From assembly GCA_013239625.1 (NCBI GenBank), contig MU054187.1, positions 10,561,231 through 10,625,230 of the forward strand: a stretch of DNA of 64,000 nucleotides, given 5' to 3'. Under the pieces are notes generated by a model, which made no database searches, was not told where the DNA came from, and was given only the letters and a program-made list of their open reading frames with translations. Positions within the stretch are counted from its first letter, which is position 1. Each line of letters starts with the position of its first letter. The translations under genes were made by a program, and so were the position numbers. Below, one piece after another: positions 13,454 to 26,600 of this stretch. This DNA is from Lama guanicoe (taxonomy: Eukaryota).

Positions 13454-14822
13454 CACTCAGATTTTTAAAACATATAGATGAATAGACATTTAAAATGTTT
13501 CCAATCACTCATTAAAATGATAAAACTGGAATGGGATACAGTTCATACTGAGTTAAGGTATTTGATACATTGAGTATCTTTTTCCTTTTCACTAAAGCAG
13601 AAAGGAGCAAGTCACATTATTAGGGCTATGAAATAACTGGAAGCCTACGTGAATCAGATTGTACCTCTTTTCCCCTTGCAGGATCATTTAAAGATCGGGG
13701 TTCTGTTTTTGAGACTTGGTGACAGGGTAAGGCCAGGGCTAGTTACTATGCTTTTTTTGTGTCTAAAGAGTAGAAGAAAGAAACGCTTCCATGCTTTTCT
13801 TTTTGGGTGTATATTAAGTAAGATATTAGTCTGTGGCTTCCTTTTGCACTGTAATTTTGCCAAGAGAAACAGAAACTTCTTACCCATTTTTCTCCTTCAG
13901 CCCTTTCTCCTGGTCACACACTGCAGTGTGTCCATAACGGGGATTTCAGCTGTGGAGTCTGCAGTCCCAACATGCCAGTTTCTGACCCAGCCTCTCTTTT
14001 TGGTCTCTTATCTCTTTGGCATTCTCAGGTTGTTTTAAAATCCAGTTAGAACCATCATTCTTTGGATCCTTCTCTTTTCCTCCTGGTGAATCACACCCCT
14101 CAGAACTCTACTTCCTTTCTTAGCCAGCTTTATCCCCACGGTGGGTCACTCTCTTCTCAGCATCATCAAGGTCCGCTCATCTGTACCCCTGAGGTGTGCA
14201 TCTGGGGTCTTCTCATCCCTGCCTCTCAGGTGCATCCAGGCCACCTCATTTCAGCCTTGAATAAACCTGTCTTTGCTCTTTCTCCTGAGCAACTACAAAA
14301 GAACACTGTTAGGGACCCATGTCGTTGCAATTCCCGGTCTTGTCTTTCGCTGAACCCATATTACTTACTAATAGGTCGTCTTTTCACGGGTCTGATCAGC
14401 TCCCCCTTTTTCTCTGATTATTACCTCCCAAGATGACTTTCTCTCTCGTCTCACAGACGTGGTCAGGCTCCCAGGTGTGGAGCCTTCCAACTCCCACACC
14501 TTTTGTGTGCACACACGTTGTTGGCTGTTTCACCATCACAAATTTTTCTCTTACTCTAGAGGAGGAGGTCTTCCTTCTTCCTCTCTGGAGTTCAAGGTTA
14601 ATATCTGAGAAATAGTCTGAGCCCATCCCTTCAGATACCACCTCTGGAGTGTTACACCATCAGATATCCCCCTTCCAGAATTTTCAGCCTTTCTCTTCAC
14701 TGGATTACTATGCTACAGGCTGTAAACATGCTCAATTGTTTCTCATTAAAATAAACCAAGAAACAAACGGTCTTAAAAAGAACAGCAAACACAAAGCTTT
14801 CCCACTTCCTTGCTTTCCCTTC

Positions 14823-14998
14823 CAGACCCTTGCTGCTCAAAGTGTGGTCCGCAGACCCACGGCGTTGGCATCACCTGGGAGCTGGTTAAAAATGCAGACT
14901 CTCAGGCCCTGTCCAGGACATTCTGAGTCAGAATCTGCACTTTACCAAGGCTCCCAGGAGATCTGTATGCACGTCAGAGACTGAGATCCTCGGCTCTG
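14823..14998. mobile_element. MER5A (hAT-Charlie) DNA transposon
   Basis: ctcaaagtgtggtcc...ggcatcacctgggagctggttaaaatgcagactctcaggccc...tgagtcagaatctgcacttt. Confidence 0.85.
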
Positions 14999-15838
14999 GA
15001 ATAATGCTCTCATCACTTGTATTTTTGTCATGGCCAAACTTCCTGAAGTGCTGGTTTATGTTTTTGCTGGCCCTTCCTCACTTCCTGTTTGAATTTTAGC
15101 CCAGTGCTGTAGACATCGCCTCCCACCTCCTACCCATGTCTGCTGGAGTAATTATGGACTTAACTGGAAATACGATGGACACTGAGGGTCCTTGTCTTAA
15201 CTGATTTTTCCGTCGCATTTGTTTAAACTGACTACTCCCATTTGCCCACAGTGTTCCCATCTTGATTTCTGAGATGATGCCTTTCAGATTTGTTTCCTGA
15301 CCCTGCTCTGCCAGCCCTTCGTCTGTGGACCCCTCACTGTTGGCACTCCCTTCTCTTCTGTGCTTTCTTGCTCTCCGTAAACAGCCGTGTTGATCTTCCT
15401 TGCTGGGGATTTCTAAATCTTTTCCTCCAGCCCAGATCCCTTTCTTGAGGTCTGCAGTTTAGATCTAATTGTTTATTCGGCATCTCCACCTAAATGCTCC
15501 TGTGGCACCTTAAAGCCCAGTATTATCCCCAGTTGAACTTTTCGTCTATTCTCTGAAGCTGCTTTAGCTTTTATATTCTCTCTTTATTTAAATGACTGTA
15601 TCTACTCAGCCGCTGAGTCCAAAGGCACAGGAGTGACCTGGTTACTCTAGCCTCTCCATCACCTCTGTCATCAAATGTCAATTATTTGATCTCATTCTCC
15701 CCTTTAGAACTAATGCTACCTTGGTTCTAGCCTGGGAATTTGCAGTAGATTCTTGCTGTGATTTTTATTTTTGACATAAAGTCGAGTGGTCCATCCTCTG
15801 TTTTGGGGGATCATGTCACTTCTCTGCTTAAAATTCTT

Positions 15839-15983
15839 CTTTCTTAAATTTTTTTGATTTTTTTTTTGTTGGCGGGGATTATGTTTATTAACTTATTTAT
15901 TTTCAAATGGAGGTACTGGGGATTGAACCCAGGGCCTCGTGCATGCTGAGCATACACTCTACCACTGAGCTAGACCCTCCCTG
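15839..15983 (-). mobile_element. Camelid tRNA-derived SINE (Vic-1 type), copy 2
   Basis: Reverse complement has A box TAGCTCAGTGG and B box GGTTCAATCCC; perfect 17-bp TSD ctctgcttaaaattctt at 15822-15838 and 15984-16000. Confidence 0.9.
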
Positions 15984-16982
15984 CTCTGCTTAAAATTCTT
16001 AAACGTTTTTCCCCTTTATGTATAGTAAGGTTCACACTCTGAGGACTTCGCACAAAGCTCACGAGGACTTCGCCACCTGCCTCCGCTCTGCCCCCAGTCT
16101 CTCTCTCACCCGCTTCCATTCTAAGCGCACACCGACTGCTCACATGTTCCCAGATGTCCAGGTTATTTCTTGACTCATTGACTTTTTTCAGGCTGTTCTT
16201 TCTGGTGAGATTGTCCCTGTCTCCCTCAATACTCAGTTTAATCCAGAAAAACCACTTAATATTTGAGAGTGAATTTTAGTGAGCAGAAAATATATACTGT
16301 CTTCTTGAATGTAAATTATGTTCTTTAAGATGTTCAATAATTCCTTCGTGGGGGAAATTACTTACAAAGGAAGGCTCGTGTAACATACTTAACGATAAGT
16401 TTTACAATCATTGGTATTACTTATATTCATTATATTTAGCAACGGTCCTTTGTAAGTGTTGATTTGTTCAGAATGCCAAACAGTAATGATTGAAAGGTTC
16501 TGAAAATCTTAACTCACTGGTTAGGATATGACACAGCATCTATGCAAATAAATGATGGAAAGTCAATGTTCTCTGATTAATTTTGCTCTCCACAAATTCT
16601 CTGGTTCCTGACCCTTTGTGTGTATCTTGAACTCTTACTTTTCTTAGCAAATCGGGTCCATTAGGAGTTGCTAATTGATTTTTTCCCTTAAGAATTTCTT
16701 TTAATTGTTGGCATTTAAAAAATGAAAGTGAATACTATTTTAATATTTAGAGATTTCATAGACTGAAGGAAGATACAGAAGGAATATGTCTCTGGCTTTC
16801 TCATTTTGCCGTTATATATGCATAGTTAGAAAATTAGATTGATTAGACATTTGAAAGGGTAGAGAACTGATTAGCATTATAAAGGTCACTTTACAATATC
16901 CCTTCAAATTAATTCTTAGAGGGTTGGGAAAATATTCTATTTTATTATATTAAACATAGTTAGAATGGCCAATTAAAAAGCA

Positions 16983-17116
16983 GAGAATTTTTGAAGAGGG
17001 CATTGCTATCAGAACCAAATTCAAGAATATGCTAGTTAGGTCTTTATTATATTTTTAAACTGCTTTCCTTAATGTATATGAGATTAAAGTGAACCTTATT
17101 CCTAAAACTGGTTTTT
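16983..17116 (+). repeat. Diverged direct repeat, copy B (partner at 13332-13453)
   Basis: Same alignment as copy A; ends about 26 nt before the exon at 17143. Confidence 0.85.
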
Positions 17117-17142
17117 GGTCATCGTCCCATTCGTGTTTAAAG

Positions 17143-17279
17143 GAACTGTGGCCGCGGCAGCCGGTCTTCACCCTGGACAGTGCATCATCAAGGTGAATGG
17201 AATCAATGTCAGTAAAGAGACACACGCCAGCGTCATTGCCCATGTGACAGCCTGCAGGAAGTACAGGAGGCCCACCAAG
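17143..17279 (+). CDS. PREX2: PREX2 coding exon (~20), PDZ2, 137 nt
   Basis: tttaaag|GAACTGTG...ACCAAG|gtaacc; encodes (G)[48 protein letters not shown] acceptor; phase 1-0. Confidence 0.96.
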
Positions 17280-18391
17280 GTAACCCCCTCCACTGCCCTA
17301 GCACTAAGCTGCGGTCTTGCACAGAAGGCCCCGGGGACCAGAGCTCTCTGTGGTTTCCACTGCCAGGTTCACATTTAAGCACGACATGGTCAGTCTCCCA
17401 GTGATTGTTCTATCTGCGTGATTAGTTACAATCAGTTTTGCTTAAATGGCTGCCTTTGATTGCTACAGCGTTCTCACCAGTGTAAAAAGTGCTCTGGGAC
17501 ATTTTCATTTTCACCGTGATACAGGTTTTCAGACAGAAGACTGTTTACCAAATTGAAATCCAAAAGTATGAACTCTTTTCTTGACCCTTGTGATTGCCTT
17601 AGATTCTGTAATGGTCATTGTGTACCGTTTAATTATAAGACTCTGTGAAAAAGAAAAATTTGTGGGTTTTATAGGGTCTGTGATTGATTTTTAGATATAT
17701 TTATTTAGGTAACTAGATTTAGCTCTTTAAAGAGAATGCCAATAGCTGCTTGCCATCACTTAAAATTTTAGGCACTATCCTCTGATGCAAATTTTAAGTG
17801 CTATAGAAGAATAAAATAAGAATCCTAATTTATAAGCAAAGCTTATTATCTCATGAGATACAAGTGACTGTTGAGTTATAAGGAAAAAAATCTCAAATTA
17901 ATCAGCTGAATGCAAAAGGAATTTTAAAGGAGAAGCTTTGTATTCTTTCTGTCATACACGGTGAACTATTTTCTGGATTTGAGAGTATCACTTTGTGTCC
18001 AAACCAGGAAGATGACTGACTATTTTCTCATAGGCCAGGACTGACATCCTGCAAGATACGGAGGCTACGAGAAAAATAGCTGATCAATTTTGCTCACAAA
18101 TAAGGTCAAATGAGCAGAGCAAATTGGAGTTCATGCATAGTTGCATAGGTTTTTTGGGGTTGACAGTAGGTAAATGAACATTTCTTAAACTATACTATTG
18201 AATGGAGTTTTAAAGACATCTCTGAAATGATCAGTCTTTCCCCTTCTATCTGAATTTTAATAAGTAGCCACACTGATTTGAGTTTCACTTCTTTTTATTT
18301 TCCTTGCCTTCCTTCTTGGAGGAGTATCGATCAGTGAAATAATTAAGAAAAGCAATGAAAGGACAGAAAAATTCACTAAGTAAATAACATG

Positions 18392-18810
18392 CTCTATCAG
18401 GTATCATTGTTACAAAACAGACTGTCTCAAAACTTAGTGGTTTAGAATAACAGTGATTAATTATTTCTTTTGATTCTATGGGGTGACTGGGTGTTAGTTC
18501 CTGTGAGGACCTTGGTGTGGCTACAGTCTGCGGGGAACTGTTCCCGGAGTTCCCCTTCTGTTGGCCTCTCACTCCAGAGTTCCTCCACATGGCCTCCCTT
18601 TCCAGTTTTTGGCAAACTTTTCCTTCCTGCATGGTGTCTGGATTTCAAGAAGGAAGATTACAAGTGATCAGCTTTCTCCATCATACTTGCTACTATCCCT
18701 TTGACAGGTCAGGTCACATGTCAAGCCCAGGGTCAAGTGTGGGAAGGAGCTATGCACAAAGGTGTGGCTTCCGGGGTATGTAGCTCCCTGGAGGCCACAA
18801 CAGGTTACCA
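18392..18810 (-). mobile_element. MaLR LTR (old MLT1 subfamily)
   Basis: ctcaaaacttagtggtttagaataacag...ggtcacatgtcaagcccagggtcaagtgtgggaaggagctatgcacaaaggtgtg motifs. Confidence 0.7.
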
Positions 18811-19560
18811 AGATCAATTTGAAATGAGTGAATGTTAACTAGCATTTTAATAATGTGTAGCAATGTAATAATTAAACGCAATTGTGAAGTGACTACAAGA
18901 GAAGAAAATAGCTAATACAAATTATAGCACACTTCAATAGTGCAACTCAGTTTATCGTCTTACCTAGGAAAAGTATAAACGTTAAAGTAATACCACCCTG
19001 AAAACTTCACTTGGTAGCCGTTTCATCTCTCTCATTTATTTAAATAAAATGGGAACTGCTACTTCAATTAAAATTTGGGATGGTTTATGACATGCAGGGA
19101 GTAAAAGATGGTTACATCAATTGGAAACCCAATGAGATGAAAGGTGTTCTTCCAATTTTCTTACTGGTTTGATTAAAAAAACTCATTAAACTTGTCAAAA
19201 TGTATGTGACTGTTAGGGGAGTATTTAAATCATTTGTGCAATTATAGATGATTGATTCTTCAAAAAACTGTCCATCTAACATTTATTTATTTTAAAATGT
19301 AATTTATAAATCATTTTAAGATATATTTGAGGCATTTAAGGAAGACATTTGGGAAATATATCTTATTTAAAAACCTATCTTTGGAAGATATAATTTTAAG
19401 CTTAAAAACGTCTGTTTGTTGAACAGTATCATTGCTGTCAACTTTCTATTAGTTTGTGATGTTGATCTTCTCTCTCTTTCAAATTTTATCATTTTCAAAT
19501 GAACTAGAAGAGTGAATAAGATACAGCTCTCCTTCTGAAGCAGGCTTATGAAATGGATAA

Positions 19561-19809
<249 letters not shown>

Positions 19810-19904
19810 TGAAAATCTTACATGTTCAAGCCATGTCTTAAGTCATTATCTCAAATAGATGTCATGTCAGATCTTAAGACATAAAATCTGGTAGCTAACA
19901 TAGA

Positions 19905-20105
19905 CTAGCTATGACACTTTCTTAGGCACTTTATTACGTTTATTACATTTTTTACATGGATTATCTCTTCGAGTCATCCAAAAGGAAAATCTCGTAAAGG
20001 TGCAGCTATCATCATCTCATTTTATGGGAGAAGAAATGGAAGCCTGTATAGATTCAGGGATGTGCCCAAGCTAGTACGTGGTAGAATGAGGCTTCAAACC
20101 CAGGT
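19905..20105 (-). mobile_element. MIR SINE
   Basis: tcatcatctcattttatgggagaagaaatggaagc...tgcccaag...ggtagaatgaggcttcaaacccagg. Confidence 0.7.
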
Positions 20106-20142
20106 TACGGTGTGTTTCCTTGTTGGAGTGTAAGCATTGTGT

Positions 20143-20307
20143 AGACCTTCCCCTTCCAATGTGGTTCACAGAACAGTGGCATCAGCGTCACCTGAGCAAG
20201 ATAGAGAAGCCGAATTTTAGCCCCACCCCAGATCGACTGAATCAGAACCCCCCTTTTAACAAGACCTTCTCTGTATGTACATTAAAATTTGAGCAGCCCT
20301 AGTTTAG
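20143..20307. mobile_element. MER5A-like DNA transposon
   Basis: gtggttcacaga...ggcatcagcgtcacctgag...ccccaccccagatcgactgaatcagaac...ttttaacaagacc...gtacattaaaatttgag. Confidence 0.75.
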
Positions 20308-21754
20308 AAGGTCTGTAGTTCCTTCAAAAGTACTTTCTTGATTCCAGTAGCTTTTACTATTTTCTAACATTGACAGTGATGAAAGAAGCAAGCTAATAGT
20401 GTAACAACGAGGGAGAGAGAGAGGCCATTTGTTAAGGACTCGTACTGTTTTCTAGTGAAGCAAACTAGCGGATTGCTATGGTCAGTGGCGAAGGGTGAAG
20501 GGACTGAAGCAATTACACTTAGGTTTGTCTTTGACAAATACCTTGAACTGTTGTTTCAGAACTTTTTCATAGAGGTCCCTGAATCCTCTCTTACATTTTC
20601 TTAGTATCTTTCCACTCATATTATTGGTGGATGTCTCTGGACATTTTTATTGTACTATTAGGTCCTTCCAAACCAGCATAGCTGGAGAATTCCCTGTGCA
20701 CACTGATCATATGGGGGTACTTAGGAAAAGGTGATTTTCTCTCCTCTCCTGGAAGGCCACTTGGTAGGAGCCCCTCAGATCATGGACAATGTCAGAAATA
20801 TTTCATCCTCATTGGAGCAGCAAGGTCCTAATGATGAATCAGCTCCCTTATTTATTTAAATAAGGACAAATCTCAGGACCGTATCCTGAGGCTTTTATTC
20901 CTCATTTATAGTTAGTTTTTGCTAATCATCATTGGTGCCACAGTGAAAGGCAGAGTGGGTTAATGAGATGCTCTGGAAATTGGTTTCTAGCTATTCTGGG
21001 ACTTAATTATTTTAAAGTAAACCATTTTTCTGTTTTTGCCTATTTTATATTTATTGTTTCTGCTATCCTAGGGCTTATTGTTTTAAGTAAACTAATATCC
21101 TATTTTTGCTTATTTAATATTTACTGTTAGAGTCCTCAGCAGTTTCTTGCTTGACATTTTAGGCATTTTTTTTTCCCACTAGCCAACTGATGATTATTGG
21201 CCCATAGAAAGACGTTCCAGATGGAAATGTTATAGTGAACAATGACACATTTTCTCAATGAGTTAGCTTCAAAAGATGCTGTTTGGGAACATTCAGGCAC
21301 TCTGTGCTGAAAAAAATAATTATCACATCTCCTTTCTGCTTCTTCAGTACGATTTCATGTGTATTTTCTGCTTTGAGAAAAATTCATCCAAAGTTTGAGG
21401 CAGTGTTAAAAACCCTGACTTTAAGTTAGTTACACATGTTTTTAATGAAAAAATACAGAATTGTATATTTAATGTTTATATTGATATAAATAGGCATATG
21501 TATGGTCCATAGATCAAAATGGATGTGCAAAGATCAGACTAGTCATGTTAGAGTGGTAAGATTTGGATCAATCATAAATTTTTTAAATGTTCTTTTTTTA
21601 AAAAAATGTCAAGAATAGATGCTTCATTTAGCACATCAGATTGAGTCATCCTTGAAAGAACTCTTTAAAAAAAATATTCAGAGAGACTCAAATTACTTGA
21701 AGAGACTAACAGACCCTTCCTGAATTTGCTGAATTAAAGTTGTCTTTGTTCCAG

Positions 21755-21939
21755 AGGTGATTGACAAGTTCAGCACCATGGCCATCATCGAAGGCAAGAA
21801 GGAGCACGTGAGTCTGACGGTGGATAACGTCCATCTGGAGTACGGCGTCGTGTACGAGTATGACAGCACCGCAGGCATCAAGTGCAACGTGGTGGAGAAG
21901 ATGATCGAGCCCAAAGGCTTCTTCAGCCTCACTGCCAAG
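21755..21939 (+). CDS. PREX2: PREX2 coding exon (~22), 185 nt
   Basis: ttccag|AGGTGATT...GCCAAG|gtgtgc; encodes (E)[61 protein letters not shown]; phase 1-0. Confidence 0.97.
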
Positions 21940-23381
21940 GTGTGCACCATCGTGGGGAAGGGAGGGATTTTGTTCTAAGTAAAGCGACTAAAACCCTCCT
22001 CCACCCCCACTTTAAAAAAAATGTAAATGGCTGGATATGTTTCAGCTGTCGCCTCATTCAGGTTCTTTTTTGCTTTTTCCCCCATTACTCAGCTTGTGTA
22101 CAGTTTTTTTTTTTTTTTAATTCATCCCTTTTGGGATGCTTGCCCAGGCGCGCATTAGTTGATTTGGCAAAGGCTTCTCTGCATTTAGTAAGTTTGCTTT
22201 GTCTGTTAATTCAGTTTCATGAATACGTTTCAGATGGTTTCATGACAGGTAATGCTTCTTTTAAATGTACATAATCCTCTGAGAATTATTTGAAGTCGTA
22301 AAATACGTTAGAAGAGATTTCAAATTTTGCAAGTCTCGTGCTTATTTCATACAATTTCTCAAAGCTTGGAGATCGGTTTGTGACTAGATCTTCGGGTATT
22401 TATATAATTTTTAGTTGCAGAGGGTCTCATTCTCAGTCCTTAGACTGAAAGCACGATAGGGAGGGAGGCAGTCTTCATCCAGATTGATAAAACATATGGT
22501 AAGAGGTGACCCCGTGCTTGCGTTCCACGATCCTTCCGCAAGGTAAATCGATCAGACTCATGTTGGATCTCTGCAGGTTAGAGCTTTGGTGTTTCATCTG
22601 GTTTTGTATCACCCTGTGAGGATTTAGGTATTACACGTAAGGAATAGGACATACAGCTTTGCCCCCTTTATTTCTTCATTTCATTTCTTGGTTCAGATAT
22701 GTGTAGTTGAGATAGGTCTAACATTAATAACATGTATTGTTTTTTAAACTTTAGTGGAAGAAAATACTATAAAAAGCTAAAGGCACTATTTCAAAAATAA
22801 CTATTTTATGTTTTTGTTTTACGTTCTGAAAGTCAGCTTTTTCAAAAATCCTGTCATTCTGATGACATTGTACCACTGTATGTGTCGACTGATAGAGGGT
22901 CTATATTTTCAAAAGGCAACCCCTTCCCAACTGTATTATACTATTAAGAGGGTGCATGGCAGCGTCTAGGACTAAGGTATCGAAATTATTTTATTTCACT
23001 TTTCCAGCTATTTCAAATTTGCAACATTTCATGGATTGTTTTATATATGACAGCTGTAGAACTCAGTCCTGAATGTATTTTCATTTTACACACGAAGAAA
23101 AGAATGTCAGAGAAATTAAGACATTTAACCAAGATAACACTGCTAACGAAAAAGTGAACTCTAATTTCTAGACTCATGATTAAGCAAAAAGCTCACACTA
23201 TATTCTACAAGACAGAAATGGAGGTGGTGAAGGAGCTCAAATAAACATAGCATCTGCACATCATCTCTTTCACACAGTATTATTCAGAAGTAAGGTAAGG
23301 GTATAAGCAGTCCATCATAGACCCTGTATATAAATAAGACATATTCTCAATTCATTGGAAAGTCTCAGTGATTCACGGTGT

Positions 23382-23414
23382 ACACACACACACACACACA
23401 CGAACACACACACA
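23382..23414. repeat. Interrupted (CA)n microsatellite
   Basis: acacacacacacacacacacgaacacacacaca read directly. Confidence 0.95.
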
Positions 23415-23999
23415 AATGCTGCCTTATAATTGATTCAAATAGCCACAAGGATCTACTAATTGCATTCATCATGTGGATGCTTTCTGTCTGATGCTTTTAT
23501 CAGGTAGAGCTCAGACACTGAAAGCAGCATTGCTTTTTATGTTAGCAAGAGATCTCATTTTTTCATTCCTTCAGCAAACATTTGTTACATGCATTCTCTG
23601 TACCAGGCTTTTAGTAGCAAGTAACGGTATGGTTTTCTTTAGTTTTTGTTGTTCTACTACCAAACTGAGAAAAAAAAATGTTCTGAGTAACTGACTGAAA
23701 TGTGGGCGATGTGTTCCCACATTAGAGCGTACTGATTTATCCGGCAGGGAGTCTTTGAAGTCCACTCACCTCCCTCAGGCAGCCTTTTATAGCAAACAGA
23801 AGGGAAAACATGAGCTGCCAGACACACAAGTCCATCACTTCACTGCCAGGGTTTTATTGAACCTAGAAATCCCGGGCAGCTAAAAGCAGCACTCTGGGAA
23901 AAGTTACCCTGTGTTGTGGAATTGTAAAAATTTTATTTGGCTAATTTTAAAGGTTTTTATGTTCTTGGTTCTATTTTGTGTGTGTTGGTGTGTCTACAG

Positions 24000-24161
24000 A
24001 TTCTTGAAGCCCTGGCTAAAAGCGATGATCATTTTGTACAAAACTGCACCAGCCTCAACTCTTTGAACGAAGTGATTCCTACTGAGCTTCAGAGTAAATT
24101 CAGTGTCGTTTGCAGTGAAAAAATTGAGCGCATATGTCAGAGAATATCCAGTTATAAAAAG
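24000..24161 (+). CDS. PREX2: PREX2 coding exon (~23; last exon shared by the long and PREX2b isoforms in human), 162 nt
   Basis: ctacag|ATTCTT...AAAAAG|gtaaaa; encodes [54 protein letters not shown]; phase 0-0. Confidence 0.97.
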
Positions 24162-24277
24162 GTAAAAGTTCTCTGTATACATTTTATAAGTTATTGTTAT
24201 TCAAATTATTATTTTAATGTCAAATTTAATTCAGTTCTTGGTATTTTCATTACTTACTTACGTACCAGTTTATTGAA

Positions 24278-24470
24278 ATAATGGTAACATTTATATAACA
24301 TTTTAGAGTTTTTCAAGTGCCTTTATATCCTTTACCGCATTTGAACCTGTAAGGTAGGTCATTATTCCACATTTTCCAAATATAATAACTGAGGCCTTAA
24401 TTAAATTACTTACTGTAAAATATAGAGTTGGGTTTTAAATCCAGGCCACCTAATTCTGAAGTCAGAGTTT
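24278..24470 (-). mobile_element. MIR SINE
   Basis: aataatggtaacatttat...cctgtaaggtaggtcattattccacattttccaaat...aactgaggc. Confidence 0.65.
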
Positions 24471-24564
24471 CAAATGGCACTAGAGTTTTTCTTTCTCTGT
24501 TCTCTTAATAGAGGGAACAGAGCCCAGAATCAGGAAGTACATGGAACACAGGCTGTTTTTAATG

Positions 24565-25280
24565 GATTCATTTGACATATTAATTGGGCATATTTTCCTT
24601 GGTACCAGGAATACGGCAGCAAAGATAGATCTTTCCTCTCACAGTGTTTACCTTTGAATGGGGGAAGCGGCAACAAAGTAAACACATCTCTACAAAAGGG
24701 GGAAAAACAAACACTGAGGAGCTATGAGGAAATCACAACAGGGAGCCAAGCTGGGACGTTGCAGGGTGGTCAGGCTAGACGGGGTGGCTGGGCGAGCCTC
24801 TGTGAGAAAGCTTGTGTCTGACTGACAAGTAGAACTCTGCCTTTAAATGGGAGGAGGGAGCATCCAGGCAGACAGGGCAGCTGGTGCAGGGACCCCAAAG
24901 CAAAAAGAAGGCCAGGATGTCAGTGGGGGAGTGACCAGTCATAAAGTGGGAGGCTTGGGCAGGGACCAGTCTGAGGAGCGGTGGAAGCTTTTTATACCTT
25001 TTGGAACACCGGAAGGAGTTGAGATTCTTACATCAATGCAAAGCGGTTGGAAGCTTTTAAATAGAACACGGACTTCATCTAATTTAGATTCTTTAAAGCT
25101 TTCGGGCTCTGTAGGAACGGGTTGCAAGGGGCAACAGTGGAGGCGTGGAGAGGTGTGGGAAGCCTCTGTGATAGTCCAGGCGAGTGATGGTGATCGTGTG
25201 GACTAGGGTGAAGACGCCAGAGGAAGAACATTAGATGAATCTGAGGATATATTTTAGCAGAAGAATAAATAAAAATTGAT
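24565..25280 (-). mobile_element. L2 LINE fragment
   Basis: Purine-rich L2 antisense motifs (gggagcatccaggcagac, tagtccaggcgagtgatggtga...ggactagggtg). Confidence 0.65.
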
Positions 25281-26154
25281 CTCCAAAACATATCTTATAG
25301 CAGGTTTTAATTTTTTTTCTATTTATATCAATGGGAGACCAGCTAATTAAATTATTCCCTCAAAATGAGGCTGATTGCTTTGAATTTGGTACATTCATAC
25401 TAGGAAATGTTATTTATCTCAGTGTTTATGAATATGAGTGAATGGTATGTTTTATGTTCCTGATATGGTAAGTGAAAGATAAGCCTGTATGTGTCCCGAT
25501 ATGTCCAAGTGAAAAATAAGGAAATGTGTGAATGAAAACCTAAGGGACTTGGACTTTGGTTACCTCAGGTAGGGGAAGGGGTAGGGGGACCACTATGTTT
25601 TTCTTTAAGCACTTCCTATAACGTTTGGCTTGTTAGGTTGAATATGTTTTGCTGTCATAATTTTTGAGAAGTCCGTTCTCATGAAGAAAAATGATATTCA
25701 GGATCACTGCGTAACGGTCACATCTGTTCATCCTCTTCCATGATTGCTATTCACCTCTTTGAATTTGGGAAAGAGTCCATGAGTGTGTCTTGTTGAAGGT
25801 CAGGAGCAGGAGATTTTCCTTTTACTTGTCCTTCTTCTGTGAGATGTGACAGTGCTTTGAAGTTAAATTTAAAAGCTGTAAGCAAATGCAAATGAGTAGT
25901 CCCCTTTTGAACGCACTTTGAAAAGAGAATCATTCTACTTCAGAGACAGATTTATATAAAGTATGACAGGGTTCAGGCAGATTCTGGTTATCAAACTTGT
26001 CACTGTGTGTGTGTCATTTCTCTTTCAATTTTTTTTTCCTGTTTTCTTCTCATCATTCAAACAAACAAAAGCAGTAGAAGTGGCTTAAAGAAATATACTT
26101 AGAAAAAGGTAGGCTATATAAACCAAAACAAAACATTAGAGAGAAGATATATTT

Positions 26155-26600
26155 TGTAGGGTATTGATTCAGCTGCTTTAAGAAGGACCAAGACAACACA
26201 GGCTTAAACAAGAGAGAAAGTGTATTTCTCTCTCAGTGAAAGTCCAGGCTGATAGGAGTCTGGTGAGAGGGAGCTGGATGGTCTTCTAGGGACCCTTCTG
26301 TATGTTTGCTCTCTCCTCTAGGATATTGCCCACTTCCACAAAGTCAAAGCTGGCTCATCACCACCATGTCTAAATGAACGCAGAAAGAGGAAGTGGAGAG
26401 TACAGTGCTTCCTTTGGGGGGCAGGAACCGGAAGTTGTGCACATCACTCCTGTTCACATCCTATTGGTCATTTAGTGAAAGGGAGGCTGGGAAATGTAGT
26501 CTCAAACTGGGCATCCACTAGCCAAACTTAAACTAAGGGAATTTTATTACTAAAAGAAAGAAGGAGAGAATGAATATTGGAGGAAAGTTAGCAGGTAACT
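26155..26600 (-). mobile_element. MaLR LTR (MLT1J-like)
   Basis: ggcttaaacaagagagaaagtgtatttctctctc...cacatcactcctgttcacatcctattgg...aagggaggctgggaaatgtagtct. Confidence 0.8.

Larger units (their letters stand above)
13880..16250 (+). mobile_element. Fragmented old L2 LINE region, interrupted by MER5A and a SINE
   Basis: Pyrimidine-rich L2-like motifs (tccagcccagatccctttcttgag, catctccacctaaatg, gatcatgtcacttctctgcttaaaa); boundaries approximate. Confidence 0.55.

Noticed and set aside
15909..15981. tRNA-like sequence on the minus strand (also near 7580-7649 and 32521-32594)
   Set aside because: These are SINE heads with A-rich tails and TSDs, not tRNA genes.
24162..24281. 39-codon in-frame read-through past the exon donor, as an alternative C-terminus
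   Set aside because: It is AT-rich intron-like sequence ending at a MIR boundary, and such short read-throughs arise by chance.
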